From NCBI GenBank assembly GCA_038231155.1, contig JBBRLY010000013.1:132305-196304 (forward strand): 64,000 bases of DNA. The letters run 5' to 3'. This document shows, piece by piece, positions 16,850 to 26,629 of the stretch. The stretch is from Candidatus Saccharimonadales bacterium. Its GTDB lineage: Bacteria; Patescibacteriota; Saccharimonadia; Saccharimonadales; JANWIN01. The translations under genes were made by a program, and so were the position numbers. Each line of letters begins with the position of its first letter. Within the stretch, counting starts at the first letter, position 1. The notes under the pieces are model-generated. The model did no database searches. It saw only the letters and a program-made list of their open reading frames with translations, and had not been told where the DNA came from.

Positions 16850-17359
16850 ATGGCGGACGTACCAGATAAGCAAATAAAGAGGCTTAGAAGTTTAATTCAA
16901 GAGGCAGAAACTAGCTTAGCTGCGGCTAAAGAATTGTTAGTTAGTTTGGTGGGCGAAAATTCTGAAGAAGTATCAGTAGCCAAAGACGAATCTCTAGGCA
17001 AAGTGATTGAAGGTGTTTTTGATGGCCAAAATATGGTAGGTAGTGACGGCAAAACCTACCCTGTACCAGCTAATTATGCCTCAAAATCCAAGCTAGTACA
17101 GGGAGATATTTTAAAACTGACAATCGCCGATGACGGCGCCTTCATGTATAAGCAAATTGGTCCAATTGCTCGCAAACAAGTAGTTGGGAGCTTGGAACTA
17201 AAAGACGGTCATTATCATGTAAAAGTCGGTGATAAAGCTTACCGTATTTTACTTGCCAGTGTAACTTATTTTAAAGCCAAGCCCGGTGATCAAGTTAGCG
17301 TAAACGTACCAGAAGATGATGCTAATGCTGAATGGGCTGCATTAGAAGCTGCGCTTTAG
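16850..17359 (+). CDS. Hypothetical protein (169 aa)
   Basis: GGAGAG RBS. An N-terminal helix is followed by a beta-rich region. No motif I can name. Confidence 0.55.
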   Translation: MADVPDKQIKRLRSLIQEAETSLAAAKELLVSLVGENSEEVSVAKDESLGKVIEGVFDGQNMVGSDGKTYPVPANYASKSKLVQGDILKLTIADDGAFMYKQIGPIARKQVVGSLELKDGHYHVKVGDKAYRILLASVTYFKAKPGDQVSVNVPEDDANAEWAALEAAL

Positions 17360-17397
17360 TATTTGACTATTGGTTAAATAAGTTATTAACTATCTGG

Positions 17398-18048
17398 ATG
17401 TCAGATGTGGATTCAAGAGAAAAGCTATTAAATATCCCAAACATTATTACTGGCGCCCGAATTATCGGTAGTATTACTGAATCTTTTCAATACGCACGTA
17501 CTGGTAAAATAAGGCACTTCATCCGGGCTGGCGGTTGGTTTATAACTGATGCTATAGATGGCGCAGCCGCAAGATTATTAAATCAGGAAACTAGAGCCGG
17601 ATATTTCCTAGATCATATTGGCGATAAACTAAGTTTTTTAACATTGGCGGCAGCTGCTACCTATCGAGGTGATGTAGACCAACTGGTTTTAGCGGCGGTT
17701 GCCGGCGTAAACGCCAGCAATACTGCAGCAACTATAGTTGATAAATTCAAGCATCAAAGTACGGGGAGTGTGCCACCAGTTGGTAAAATATCACAATTTA
17801 AAATGAACATGGGCTTTGGTCTAAACACTATTGGGAAGCATTTGGCGAGATCAGAAGATGCAGACTTACTAGAAAAAACTGCTGGTCAGCTTATCCGCTA
17901 CGGCGGGGCAGCCTTAGCAGTTTCGTCAGCCTTTAATGAAGGTGCCGAGGCATCAAGTTTTTACTGGAAACGAGCTCTGCAGCCCGCCGATATTGAAGCT
18001 GGGACTATACAAACTATTTACATCCCAGTCCCGGAGATTGACTTATAA
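17398..18048 (+). CDS. CDP-alcohol phosphatidyltransferase family protein
   Basis: Complete signature DAIDGAAARLLNQETRAGYFLDHIGD, that is D-x2-D-G-x2-A-R-x8-G-x3-D-x3-D. ATG 17398 (MSDVDS) is preferred over the track start 17332, which overlaps the previous gene. Confidence 0.65.
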   Translation: MSDVDSREKLLNIPNIITGARIIGSITESFQYARTGKIRHFIRAGGWFITDAIDGAAARLLNQETRAGYFLDHIGDKLSFLTLAAAATYRGDVDQLVLAAVAGVNASNTAATIVDKFKHQSTGSVPPVGKISQFKMNMGFGLNTIGKHLARSEDADLLEKTAGQLIRYGGAALAVSSAFNEGAEASSFYWKRALQPADIEAGTIQTIYIPVPEIDL

Positions 18049-18089
18049 AACAACAGTCTTTTTATCTACGTCGTCTATAATATATCCAA

Positions 18090-19517
18090 ATGGGGCAGGC
18101 GTTATATAGAAAATATCGACCAAAGAACTTGGACGAAGCAATAGGTCAGGAACATATTACCGCGACTTTAAAAAATGCTCTTAAGACTGGCAAAATTAGC
18201 CATGCTTATTTATTTACTGGCCCCCATGGAGTGGGTAAAACCAGCGTAGCTAGGATTTTAGCCCATGAAGTAAATGGACTTGACTATGATGAAGATCAGC
18301 ATCGCTTGGATATTATTGAGATTGATGCCGCTAGTAATCGCCGAATTGATGAAATAAGAGATTTACGCGACAAAGTTCATATTGCACCAACTCATTCTAA
18401 ATTTAAGGTCTACATTATTGATGAAGTTCACATGCTAACTAAAGAAGCTTTTAATGCACTGCTTAAAACTCTGGAGGAACCACCAAACCATGTCATTTTT
18501 ATACTGGCTACGACTGAAGCCTATAAATTACCACAAACTATTATTAGCCGCACCCAACGCTTTAGCTTTAAACCGATTGAAGTAACCCAAATTAAACAGC
18601 ACCTAAAAAATATTGCCAAAAAGGAAAAAATACAATTTGATGATACAGCCATTGATTTGATCGCCGAGCATAGTGAGGGCAGCTTTCGTGACAGTATAAG
18701 TTTACTTGATCAAGCTAGCTCATCCGGTCACAAACTTAGTTTAGATAATGTACAACAATTACTCGGCATAGCTCCACAACAAATTATTTCTAAACTGCTG
18801 GGTAGTCTTTATAGTGCATCTGCTAATGAATTAATCGATAGTCTCAACCAATTGAAGGAGCAAGGGTATGGTGCGGCTAGTATTGCCAAGCAGCTGTCTC
18901 AAACACTTAGACAGCAACTCATAGAAGACAAGGCGCGTTTGGGTAGCGCAACTACCATTCAGTTGCTTAAAGATCTTATAGATATACCAGCTAGCGTTCA
19001 GCCTGAAAGTCTGCTGGAGCTAACCCTACTTAATATCATCTTATCGGCCGATACTAAACAAGCGATGTCTAAAGAACCCAATCCGCTGGAAGACAAACCG
19101 GCTGCTGAATCGCCTATTCCGAAGAAGCAGCAAACTAAAAACCAGTCTACTAACTTGGAGAGTTCTGAAACTTCTCAAATATTTACACTGGAACTTTGGC
19201 CAAAAGTGCTTGCAACGGTTAAGAGTCGTCACAATACTTTATATAGCATTATGCGTATGGGTCGGCCAATACTTGATGGCCAAACCTTAACGCTCAGTTT
19301 TAAGTTTGCCTTTCACCAGAAGCAAATAAATGATACCAAAAACCGCAAGATTATTGATGAAATTATCAAACATCACAGCTCTCAGCCTATTAAAATAGTG
19401 TCTGTTATCGACCCTAGTATTAAAGTTGATAAGAATGAAGTCAGTGAAGTTAGCGATTCAGCTGATCTTACAACCATAAGCAATATTTTTGGTAGCGCGG
19501 AAGTGCTAGACTCCTAA
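18090..19517 (+). CDS. dnaX: DNA polymerase III subunit gamma/tau
   Basis: LYRKYRP, GPHGVGKTS, IIDEVHMLT and SRTQRF motifs. Confidence 0.9.
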   Translation: MGQALYRKYRPKNLDEAIGQEHITATLKNALKTGKISHAYLFTGPHGVGKTSVARILAHEVNGLDYDEDQHRLDIIEIDAASNRRIDEIRDLRDKVHIAPTHSKFKVYIIDEVHMLTKEAFNALLKTLEEPPNHVIFILATTEAYKLPQTIISRTQRFSFKPIEVTQIKQHLKNIAKKEKIQFDDTAIDLIAEHSEGSFRDSISLLDQASSSGHKLSLDNVQQLLGIAPQQIISKLLGSLYSASANELIDSLNQLKEQGYGAASIAKQLSQTLRQQLIEDKARLGSATTIQLLKDLIDIPASVQPESLLELTLLNIILSADTKQAMSKEPNPLEDKPAAESPIPKKQQTKNQSTNLESSETSQIFTLELWPKVLATVKSRHNTLYSIMRMGRPILDGQTLTLSFKFAFHQKQINDTKNRKIIDEIIKHHSSQPIKIVSVIDPSIKVDKNEVSEVSDSADLTTISNIFGSAEVLDS

Positions 19518-19547
19518 ATGATAATTAGAGTGCCGGAGTTATAGCAA

Positions 19548-20909
19548 GTGGACACCCAAGATCCCACCATTCCACCCCAAAATACTGATGCCGAGGCCAG
19601 TCTACTTGGAGCAATTTTAATTGATAGTGATGCAATTGTTAAGATTGCTGATACGATTAACGCTGAAGACTTTTATGATCCCAAAAATCAGCGAATTTTT
19701 GAAGCTGTAATAAGTCTATATGAAAAACATAGTCCAATTGATGTATTAACTTTATCGGATCAATTAAAAGCAACGGGCTTCTTGGAGTTTATCGGTGGTT
19801 CGGCTTATTTAACAGAGTTAACAAACTTTGTACCAACAGCTGCACACGCAGATCAATATGCGTCGATTGTGGCTCAAAAATCAATGCGGCGGCGACTGAT
19901 AAAAGCTTCTGAGGATATTACAAAACTAAGTTATGATGAAAATCAAAGCTTTAGTGACCTTATTGAGGAAGCCGAAGCTCGAATGTTTGAAGTCAGCCAG
20001 CGACATTTAAAACAGGATATTGTTAGTCTAGACGCTATTCTGGGCGAAAGCTTTGAACGGCTTGATCAACTACATAAAGATAAAGGCAAAATTAGAGGTA
20101 TTCCGACTGGGTATAAAGACTTGGATAATATATTAGCTGGTTTCCAGCGATCCGATTTAATAATATTAGCCGCCAGACCATCAATGGGTAAAACCGCTTT
20201 GGCGCTAAATATAGCTCACAACATTGCCCTACAATCAGAAGAAGCCGTATTGCTTTTTAGCCTAGAAATGAGTAAAGAGCAGTTAGTCGACCGCTTATTG
20301 GCTATTGAGTCAGGAGTTGATGCCTGGGCCCTGAGAACCGGTAATTTAACCGACCAAGATTTTGAGAAAATTGGTGGTGCCATGGGCAAATTATCGGAAG
20401 CCCAAATTTATATTGATGATACACCTAGCATCACAGTCAGTGATCTACGCACTAAATCAAGGCGTGAAGCTCATCAGCGGCGATTGGGTCTAATTATAGT
20501 AGACTATCTTCAATTAATGAGTGGTGGCAGCCGCTATGGCAATGAGGCTAATCGGGTGCAGGAAATTTCGGAAATATCCAGAGGGCTTAAAGGAATAGCT
20601 CGCGAGCTCAATTTACCGGTATTAGCTCTTAGTCAATTAAGTCGGTCGGTTGAAAATCGTAGCCCCCAGATACCGCAACTAGCCGATTTACGTGAAAGCG
20701 GTAGCATTGAGCAAGACTCCGATGTTGTGGCTTTTATTTATAGAGAGGAGTATTACAATCCAGATACTGACCGTAAGAATATTACCGATATTTTTATTAA
20801 GAAACACCGCAACGGTCCAACTGGTGGTATTGAACTATACTTCGATAAAGAAAGGCAGCGCTTTAGAAGTCTTGATACCAAACATGGTACTGAACCTCCG
20901 GCAGAGTAA
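19548..20909 (+). CDS. dnaB: Replicative DNA helicase DnaB
   Basis: PPQNTDAEASLLGAIL at the N-terminus, Walker A ARPSMGKTALALN, LSQLSR and the RNGPTG motif. GTG start. Confidence 0.9.
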   Translation: MDTQDPTIPPQNTDAEASLLGAILIDSDAIVKIADTINAEDFYDPKNQRIFEAVISLYEKHSPIDVLTLSDQLKATGFLEFIGGSAYLTELTNFVPTAAHADQYASIVAQKSMRRRLIKASEDITKLSYDENQSFSDLIEEAEARMFEVSQRHLKQDIVSLDAILGESFERLDQLHKDKGKIRGIPTGYKDLDNILAGFQRSDLIILAARPSMGKTALALNIAHNIALQSEEAVLLFSLEMSKEQLVDRLLAIESGVDAWALRTGNLTDQDFEKIGGAMGKLSEAQIYIDDTPSITVSDLRTKSRREAHQRRLGLIIVDYLQLMSGGSRYGNEANRVQEISEISRGLKGIARELNLPVLALSQLSRSVENRSPQIPQLADLRESGSIEQDSDVVAFIYREEYYNPDTDRKNITDIFIKKHRNGPTGGIELYFDKERQRFRSLDTKHGTEPPAE

Positions 20910-20941
20910 ACTGCTACGAATGTTATACTGAAACCCTGGGC

Positions 20942-22129
20942 ATGTATTCAACAAAACGGCTAAAACTGTTTCTAATAAAATTGGGTCAGCCAGCCATTGC
21001 AATTTCGGCTGGTGTAATATTTAGCGTCTCTATATTACTTTACAAGCTCGGTTCACTGGTACCTGGATACAGTCAATCGGAAGTTAACCAACTTAAGTCT
21101 CAGCCGTCGTTAAACTCAATTATCAATAATCCTTTAAATGCACCCTACAAGTTACTTCATTACAGTCTAAATCACTTACATCTTCATAGTCTGTATAGCG
21201 CCCGAGGTGTTAGTGCCTTAGCGGCGGTCATTAGTATTGGATTATTTTATTACATTGTATCTCGCTGGCAATCAACTTTAACTGCCTCCCTAAGTACTTT
21301 TTTATACACCACTTCAGCCTGGTTTTTACATTATGCCAGACTGGCTACCTCAGATATATTTCTTTGCTTACTGGTTGTTACGCTAGCCTATGGAACCTGG
21401 ATTCGTAGGTCACAACGATCGGCTTTAGTGCTACTGGTGGGTGTTCTGGTAGTTGTTACTTTGGTATATATACCTGGTTTAGTATGGTTTGTTGTAATCG
21501 GAGGTTTATGGCAAGGTCGGGCAATTTTTGAGCATCTTAAAAAGGCCAAACTTACTTTCACGCCTATAGCACTTCTAGGAGTTTTGCTTATATTGCCACT
21601 GCTAGCCGCACTTATTAGACAACCTTCACTGGCAAGAATTCTGCTTGGCATACCAAGTAAACTACCTAATCCCTATAACTATTTTAGGCAAGTATTAAAT
21701 GTACCGTTTCAAATATTTTTAAAAGGTCCGAGCAGTCCCACCATATGGCTAAGTAGATTACCACTGCTGGATATCTTTACGGCTGCAATGTGTCTTCTTG
21801 GGTTTTATGCATATAGTCTTAAGTTAAAGCTGGACCGTGGCAAGATACTGTTTGGTATATTAATCATTGGTACGCTACTTGTGGGATTGCACGGTTCAGT
21901 CACAACTATCATTTTGTTACCAGCAATTTATTTACTGGTTGCTGCTGGTATAGACTATATGTTAAGCCAGTGGTTTCATGTATTTCCGCGCAACCCTTTG
22001 GCTCGTATAATTGCTTTAAGCTTAATGACAGTATTGGTACTACTATCAGGATATTATAATAGCCGGCAATATTTTGTGGCATGGCCTAATGACCCGGTTA
22101 CTAAAAAAGTATTTGAGCAGCGACCTTAA
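20942..22129 (+). CDS. Polytopic membrane protein, GT-C (ArnT/PMT, GT39/83-like) glycosyltransferase candidate
   Basis: About 10 predicted TM helices with the size and topology typical of ArnT-like proteins. No catalytic motif was verified. Confidence 0.4.
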   Translation: MYSTKRLKLFLIKLGQPAIAISAGVIFSVSILLYKLGSLVPGYSQSEVNQLKSQPSLNSIINNPLNAPYKLLHYSLNHLHLHSLYSARGVSALAAVISIGLFYYIVSRWQSTLTASLSTFLYTTSAWFLHYARLATSDIFLCLLVVTLAYGTWIRRSQRSALVLLVGVLVVVTLVYIPGLVWFVVIGGLWQGRAIFEHLKKAKLTFTPIALLGVLLILPLLAALIRQPSLARILLGIPSKLPNPYNYFRQVLNVPFQIFLKGPSSPTIWLSRLPLLDIFTAAMCLLGFYAYSLKLKLDRGKILFGILIIGTLLVGLHGSVTTIILLPAIYLLVAAGIDYMLSQWFHVFPRNPLARIIALSLMTVLVLLSGYYNSRQYFVAWPNDPVTKKVFEQRP

Positions 22130-22171
22130 CACATTTTTGTTACAATAAATCTATAAACCAAGGGAGAAAAC

Positions 22172-22465
22172 ATGAACCGATTTGATCAAGCTAAGCTGCT
22201 CTTAAAAGTTAAAAAAATGCAAAAAGAATTACAAAAGCAAATTATAACAGTAGAGGCCGGTGAAGGTGCTGTAAAAGTCGAAATAACAGGTGAGCAAAAA
22301 ATTAAAAAAGTTCACATTGATCCGGATCAAGTCGATCTAGATGATATTCACAGTCTGGAGCGCTGGGTTGAGGATGCGGTCAAAGAAGCAATTGCCCAAA
22401 GCCAAAAAATGGCAGCTGAAAAAATGCAACCATTCATGGGAGCGCTGGGCGACTTGGGACTTTAA
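22172..22465 (+). CDS. ybaB: Nucleoid-associated protein YbaB/EbfC
   Basis: Size, MQKELQK...EAGEGAVKVEITGEQKIKKVHIDP, and position directly upstream of recR. Confidence 0.85.
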   Translation: MNRFDQAKLLLKVKKMQKELQKQIITVEAGEGAVKVEITGEQKIKKVHIDPDQVDLDDIHSLERWVEDAVKEAIAQSQKMAAEKMQPFMGALGDLGL

Positions 22466-22470
22466 ACTGT

Positions 22471-23076
22471 ATGTCTGTTCTACCGCCGGCTCTTGCGAGT
22501 TTAATTGATGCTTTTGGTTCGCTACCTGGTGTTGGTCCGCGGACTGCTGAACGTTATGCATATTTCTTACTAACAGATAGTGGCCAGACCGCCAAGCATC
22601 TTGGTCAAACCATGGACAACCTTCATGCCGGTGTAGATTATTGCCAAAAAACCTATGCTTTAGTAGCTAAAGGTCAAAAGTTATCGACGTTATACAGTGA
22701 CCCAGGACGTGATAAAAGTCTTGTCGCGGTGGTAGCTGAGCCGTTTGACATCATGGCAATTGAAAAAACCGGGCAATATAAGGGTACATACCATGTTTTG
22801 GGTGGACTAATATCGCCAATTGATAATATTGGACCCGACCAGCTGCATGTTAAAGAATTAATCAAAAGGTTAGATGAAGATAACGTCGAAGAAGTAATCC
22901 TAGCTACAAACGCCAGTGTCGAAGGCGAATCAACTGCTCTTTATATTCAGCAGCAATTAGGTAAACGCAAAGTAAAAATCAGTCGCCTAGCCCGCGGACT
23001 ACCGATTGGTGTTGATTTAGAGTATGCTGATCAAATTACCTTAACTCATGCTTTAGAAGGTCGAACTAGCTTATGA
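22471..23076 (+). CDS. recR: Recombination protein RecR (zinc-finger cysteines largely absent)
   Basis: LPGVGPRTAERYAYFLL (HhH) and a Toprim region (EEVILATNASVEGESTALYI). At the position of the C4 finger only one Cys remains (YCQKTYALVAKGQKLSTLYSDPGRD). Confidence 0.85.
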   Translation: MSVLPPALASLIDAFGSLPGVGPRTAERYAYFLLTDSGQTAKHLGQTMDNLHAGVDYCQKTYALVAKGQKLSTLYSDPGRDKSLVAVVAEPFDIMAIEKTGQYKGTYHVLGGLISPIDNIGPDQLHVKELIKRLDEDNVEEVILATNASVEGESTALYIQQQLGKRKVKISRLARGLPIGVDLEYADQITLTHALEGRTSL

Positions 23077-24104
23077 ATAAATATCCCCAATCCAGTGAAA
23101 TTAGTAAGATTATAAATGAATCTAATAAAATCGTAATTATTCAGGCTGATAATCCTGATGGAGATAGCTTATCTAGTAGCTTGGCACTTGAACAAATCTT
23201 GAATGATATGGGTAAAGATACCTATTTATACTGCGGTATTGAAATGCCGGAGTATTTAAAGCATCTTTCTGGTTGGGACAGGGTATCAAAAGAAATACCC
23301 AATCAATTTGACGTTAGTATTGTTGTTGATACCAGCGCCATGATTTTACTTGAAAAACTAAACGCCAGCCGATACCGCTCCTGGGTAGCTTCAAAACCAG
23401 TCATAATTCTTGATCATCATGCAGATGTCAAATGCGATATTCCCTATGCAACTGTAGTACTTAATAATAAACAAGCTGTGTCTACTGGAGAAGCTATCCA
23501 TCAACTAGCAACTCAGCTAAAATGGCCATTAAACATTCATGCTAAAACCTTTATCGCTAGTTCTATATTAGCTGACTCGTTGGGACTAACAACCGAAGAA
23601 ACTTCTTCAGAAACCTATCGCACTATGGCCGATTTAATCGATGGTGGTGTCGATAGACCGGCACTCGAAGAAGCCAGACGTGCACTCATGAAAATGCCCG
23701 AACCAATTTTTAGATATAAAGCTCGCCTTATTGAACGCACTGAACTGTACGCAGATGGCCATATTGCCATCGTAACAGTGCCGTATGATGAAATTACGAC
23801 TTACAGTCCACTATACAATCCAGCTCCACTTATTCAGACGGATATGTTACAAACTGAGAAAGTCAGAGTGGCTATTGTCCTAAAACATTACAAAGATGGC
23901 AAGATTACTGGTTCAATTCGCTGCGGCTATAATGCCAAAATTGCCTCTGATCTAGCTGAACATTTTGGTGGTGGTGGTCATCCATATGCCAGTGGTTTTA
24001 AAATTGATGACGGGCGAAGCCTTAAAGACACTAAAGCTGAGTGTTTAAAAGTGGCTGAGCATTTACTTGATAGAGTTCCTAAAAATCACTATGAAAATAT
24101 ATAA
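23073..24104 (+). CDS. DHH/DHHA1 phosphoesterase (NrnA-like oligoribonuclease/pAp phosphatase)
   Basis: DNPDGDSLSS, ILDHHAD and GGGGHPYASG motifs. ATGA overlap with recR. Confidence 0.75.
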   Translation: MNKYPQSSEISKIINESNKIVIIQADNPDGDSLSSSLALEQILNDMGKDTYLYCGIEMPEYLKHLSGWDRVSKEIPNQFDVSIVVDTSAMILLEKLNASRYRSWVASKPVIILDHHADVKCDIPYATVVLNNKQAVSTGEAIHQLATQLKWPLNIHAKTFIASSILADSLGLTTEETSSETYRTMADLIDGGVDRPALEEARRALMKMPEPIFRYKARLIERTELYADGHIAIVTVPYDEITTYSPLYNPAPLIQTDMLQTEKVRVAIVLKHYKDGKITGSIRCGYNAKIASDLAEHFGGGGHPYASGFKIDDGRSLKDTKAECLKVAEHLLDRVPKNHYENI

Positions 24105-25512
24105 TACGCTTGGTCATCAGTTAGAAGATCTAGTACCTCTTAAGGATCAATCACTGCGTATTTATAGCTGTGGACCAACAGTTTATGATTATATCCATAT
24201 TGGTAACTTAAGTTCTTACATTATGGTTGATAGTCTTAAACGTGTCATAGCCTTAAATGACTTTAAACTCAACCACGTTATGAATTTTACGGATGTCGAT
24301 GATAAAACAATTGCTCGAAGTCAACAACAATATCCTGGTAACGACTCTTTAGAAGCATTAAAGGAGTTAACTCAGCACTATAGGCAAATATTCTTAAGCG
24401 ATATGCAGGTTATTGGTAACGACGCCAGCTCTACGACATATGTTAGTGCCATCGCTAACATACCTGATATTCAAAAATTGATCACTCAACTATATCATGA
24501 TAAGTTTGCTTATATTGCTGATGATGGAATATATTTTTCTATAAGCAAATATCAAGAAAGCGGCAAAAAATATGGTCAACTAACCAAAATTGACGCTAAA
24601 AATACTGCTCAACAGCGCATTCAAAACGATGAATACGATAAAGATAACGTCCATGATTTCGCACTTTGGAAACTTCAAAAAGGTGATGAGCCTGCTTGGC
24701 AGTTTGATCTTGATGAGCATCAACTATTAGGACGACCGGGGTGGCACATCGAATGCTCGGCTATGAGCACAACTAATCTAGGATTACCGTTTGATATTCA
24801 CACCGGTGGAGTCGATCTAATTTTTCCACATCATGAAAATGAAATTGCCCAAAGTACAGCTGGAAACGAGTCATCATTATATGCTAAATATTTTATGCAT
24901 AACGAGCATCTGCTAGTTGAAGGCCGAAAGATGAGTAAATCGCTAAATAACTTTTACACTCTTCGAGATATTATCGAAAAAGGATATGAACCTATTGCCT
25001 TTAGACTTATGGTTCTGCAAACTCACTATCGCAAACAAATTAATTTCAGTTGGGACAATTTAGAAGCTGCCCAAAACCGCTTAAATGACTTCAGACTTAT
25101 TGCAGATATTAAATGGCAATTAATAAATGATAAAGCTCCTGAACTTAATTTTGCAGATTATAAAACAGCCATTTTGAAAGCTCTATCGGATGATTTAAAT
25201 ACGCCCGAAGCACTTACTATCGTCAGTAAAGTGTCCTCTGACATCATTGAAAACTTAGTTAGTCCAAATCAACGATCTGAATTTCATCAATTCCTAAGTT
25301 TTTTAGATGCTGGACTTGGGCTATCACTAAGTAATCGTCCAGATATTACTAATGATCAAAAGCAGTTAATTACTGAGCGTCAAACTGCTCGTGGTTTAAA
25401 AAATTGGGATCAGGCCGATCAAATTAGGCAGCAATTAACAGACCAAGCTATTGAGTTGCGAGATACATCGTTCGGAGCTATTTGGTCTCACGTTGAACCT
25501 GCCCAGGGCTAA
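24091..25512 (+). CDS. cysS: Cysteine--tRNA ligase
   Basis: CGPTVYDYIHIGN (HIGH-type) and KMSKS. I prefer the start at MKIYNTLG (ATG 24091). Confidence 0.9.
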   Translation: MKIYNTLGHQLEDLVPLKDQSLRIYSCGPTVYDYIHIGNLSSYIMVDSLKRVIALNDFKLNHVMNFTDVDDKTIARSQQQYPGNDSLEALKELTQHYRQIFLSDMQVIGNDASSTTYVSAIANIPDIQKLITQLYHDKFAYIADDGIYFSISKYQESGKKYGQLTKIDAKNTAQQRIQNDEYDKDNVHDFALWKLQKGDEPAWQFDLDEHQLLGRPGWHIECSAMSTTNLGLPFDIHTGGVDLIFPHHENEIAQSTAGNESSLYAKYFMHNEHLLVEGRKMSKSLNNFYTLRDIIEKGYEPIAFRLMVLQTHYRKQINFSWDNLEAAQNRLNDFRLIADIKWQLINDKAPELNFADYKTAILKALSDDLNTPEALTIVSKVSSDIIENLVSPNQRSEFHQFLSFLDAGLGLSLSNRPDITNDQKQLITERQTARGLKNWDQADQIRQQLTDQAIELRDTSFGAIWSHVEPAQG

Positions 25513-26587
25513 GCAGGCGTTTACGTTCTAAATAATCTAGTGCTACTATTCTAAGACATCCGGCTATAGGAATAGCTACTAGACCGCCCAGTAATCCATT
25601 AAAGCTGACGCCAATTATTACCGAACTAAACACAAGTAATGGTGACATATCTGTATTGTTAGCCTGTACTTGCGGTTGTATTATATAAGCTTCAATCTGC
25701 ATATAAATAATATAATAAGCCAAAATAATTATTGCTGCTGGCAACGAATGAAGTAGGGCTACTACCGAAACAATAACAGCACCAATCGAGTGACCAACTA
25801 GTGGTATTAAACCACAAACAAATACTACGACTACTAGAGCTACTGGATAACTAATGTGCAAAATAAACAAAGGTATAGCTACAAATAACGCTACCAAGAC
25901 TGCCAAAAAGACTTGACCGTTAACATAACCTTTAACTACACGGTACATATCATGAGCCATTTTTTCTACCTGTGAACTTCTGTGCTCCGGGATTAATCGC
26001 TTTGCCAAATCTATCCAATGAGGACCTTCAATTAACATCATAAAAGTTAATACCAAAACCGCAAGAACCGAAAATACACTGCTAAATATGCGGGTAATAG
26101 TGGTAAAGGCTGATCCACTTATGTTTTTGAGCCTATCAGAAAGCTGGTTCGCAAACTTGTTGCTTTGACTTTCCAAGTGATGATCACGCACAAATCGTCC
26201 AAGTGAAGTATTATCGTTATGTAAATTTTCAACAATATTAGGAGCTTGATGAATAAAGTTGTTAGTTTGCTTTATAAACGGTGGGACTATACTGGCAATA
26301 AATCCTACAAGTAGTAAAACAACAATTAAAAAGGCTGCAGAAGTACTTAAAGTTCTATTACCTCTAGATTTTCCAGGCAATTGCAAAGATAACCAATGAA
26401 TTGGCGAATTTAAAGCAAGCGCCAGAAAAAATGCAATAAATACTAGCGTTAGAGCGTGAGTGGCCTTGCCCAGTGCAGCCCAAAATAAAACCGACAGAAG
26501 TACTAGCCCAAGTGTTTTAATAACCGTGATGTTAGCTACAGTAACTTCTACCTTCGGACGCTTAGAACTAGAGAAAAAGGTAGGCAT
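25478..26587 (-). CDS. AI-2E family transporter (PerM/UPF0118)
   Basis: About 8 TM helices and the family-typical C-terminal block (GLIPLVG, GGLVAIPIA). Confidence 0.75.
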   Translation of the reverse strand: MPTFFSSSKRPKVEVTVANITVIKTLGLVLLSVLFWAALGKATHALTLVFIAFFLALALNSPIHWLSLQLPGKSRGNRTLSTSAAFLIVVLLLVGFIASIVPPFIKQTNNFIHQAPNIVENLHNDNTSLGRFVRDHHLESQSNKFANQLSDRLKNISGSAFTTITRIFSSVFSVLAVLVLTFMMLIEGPHWIDLAKRLIPEHRSSQVEKMAHDMYRVVKGYVNGQVFLAVLVALFVAIPLFILHISYPVALVVVVFVCGLIPLVGHSIGAVIVSVVALLHSLPAAIIILAYYIIYMQIEAYIIQPQVQANNTDMSPLLVFSSVIIGVSFNGLLGGLVAIPIAGCLRIVALDYLERKRLLSPGQVQRETK

Positions 26588-26629
26588 GAAATTATTATCT
26601 CATGATAAGAATCCTAAGCAATATTTATG

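Noticed and set aside
16561-16873. The track ORFs 16561-16746(-) and 16640-16873(-) as genuine genes.
   Set aside because: The first has an implausible composition (Cys/Trp/Arg/Ser/Thr-rich) and no RBS. The second would start inside the neighbouring gene and cross its promoter. Only its last ~35 codons look like real (foreign) coding sequence.
18601-18640. A-rich runs in dnaX (CCTAAAAAATATTGCCAAAAAGGAAAAAATAC) as a gamma/tau programmed frameshift site.
   Set aside because: They are located around codon 170-180, inside the conserved ATPase-lid region. That is far upstream of where the E. coli-type A-AAA-AAG site separates gamma from tau, and no downstream stem-loop was seen.
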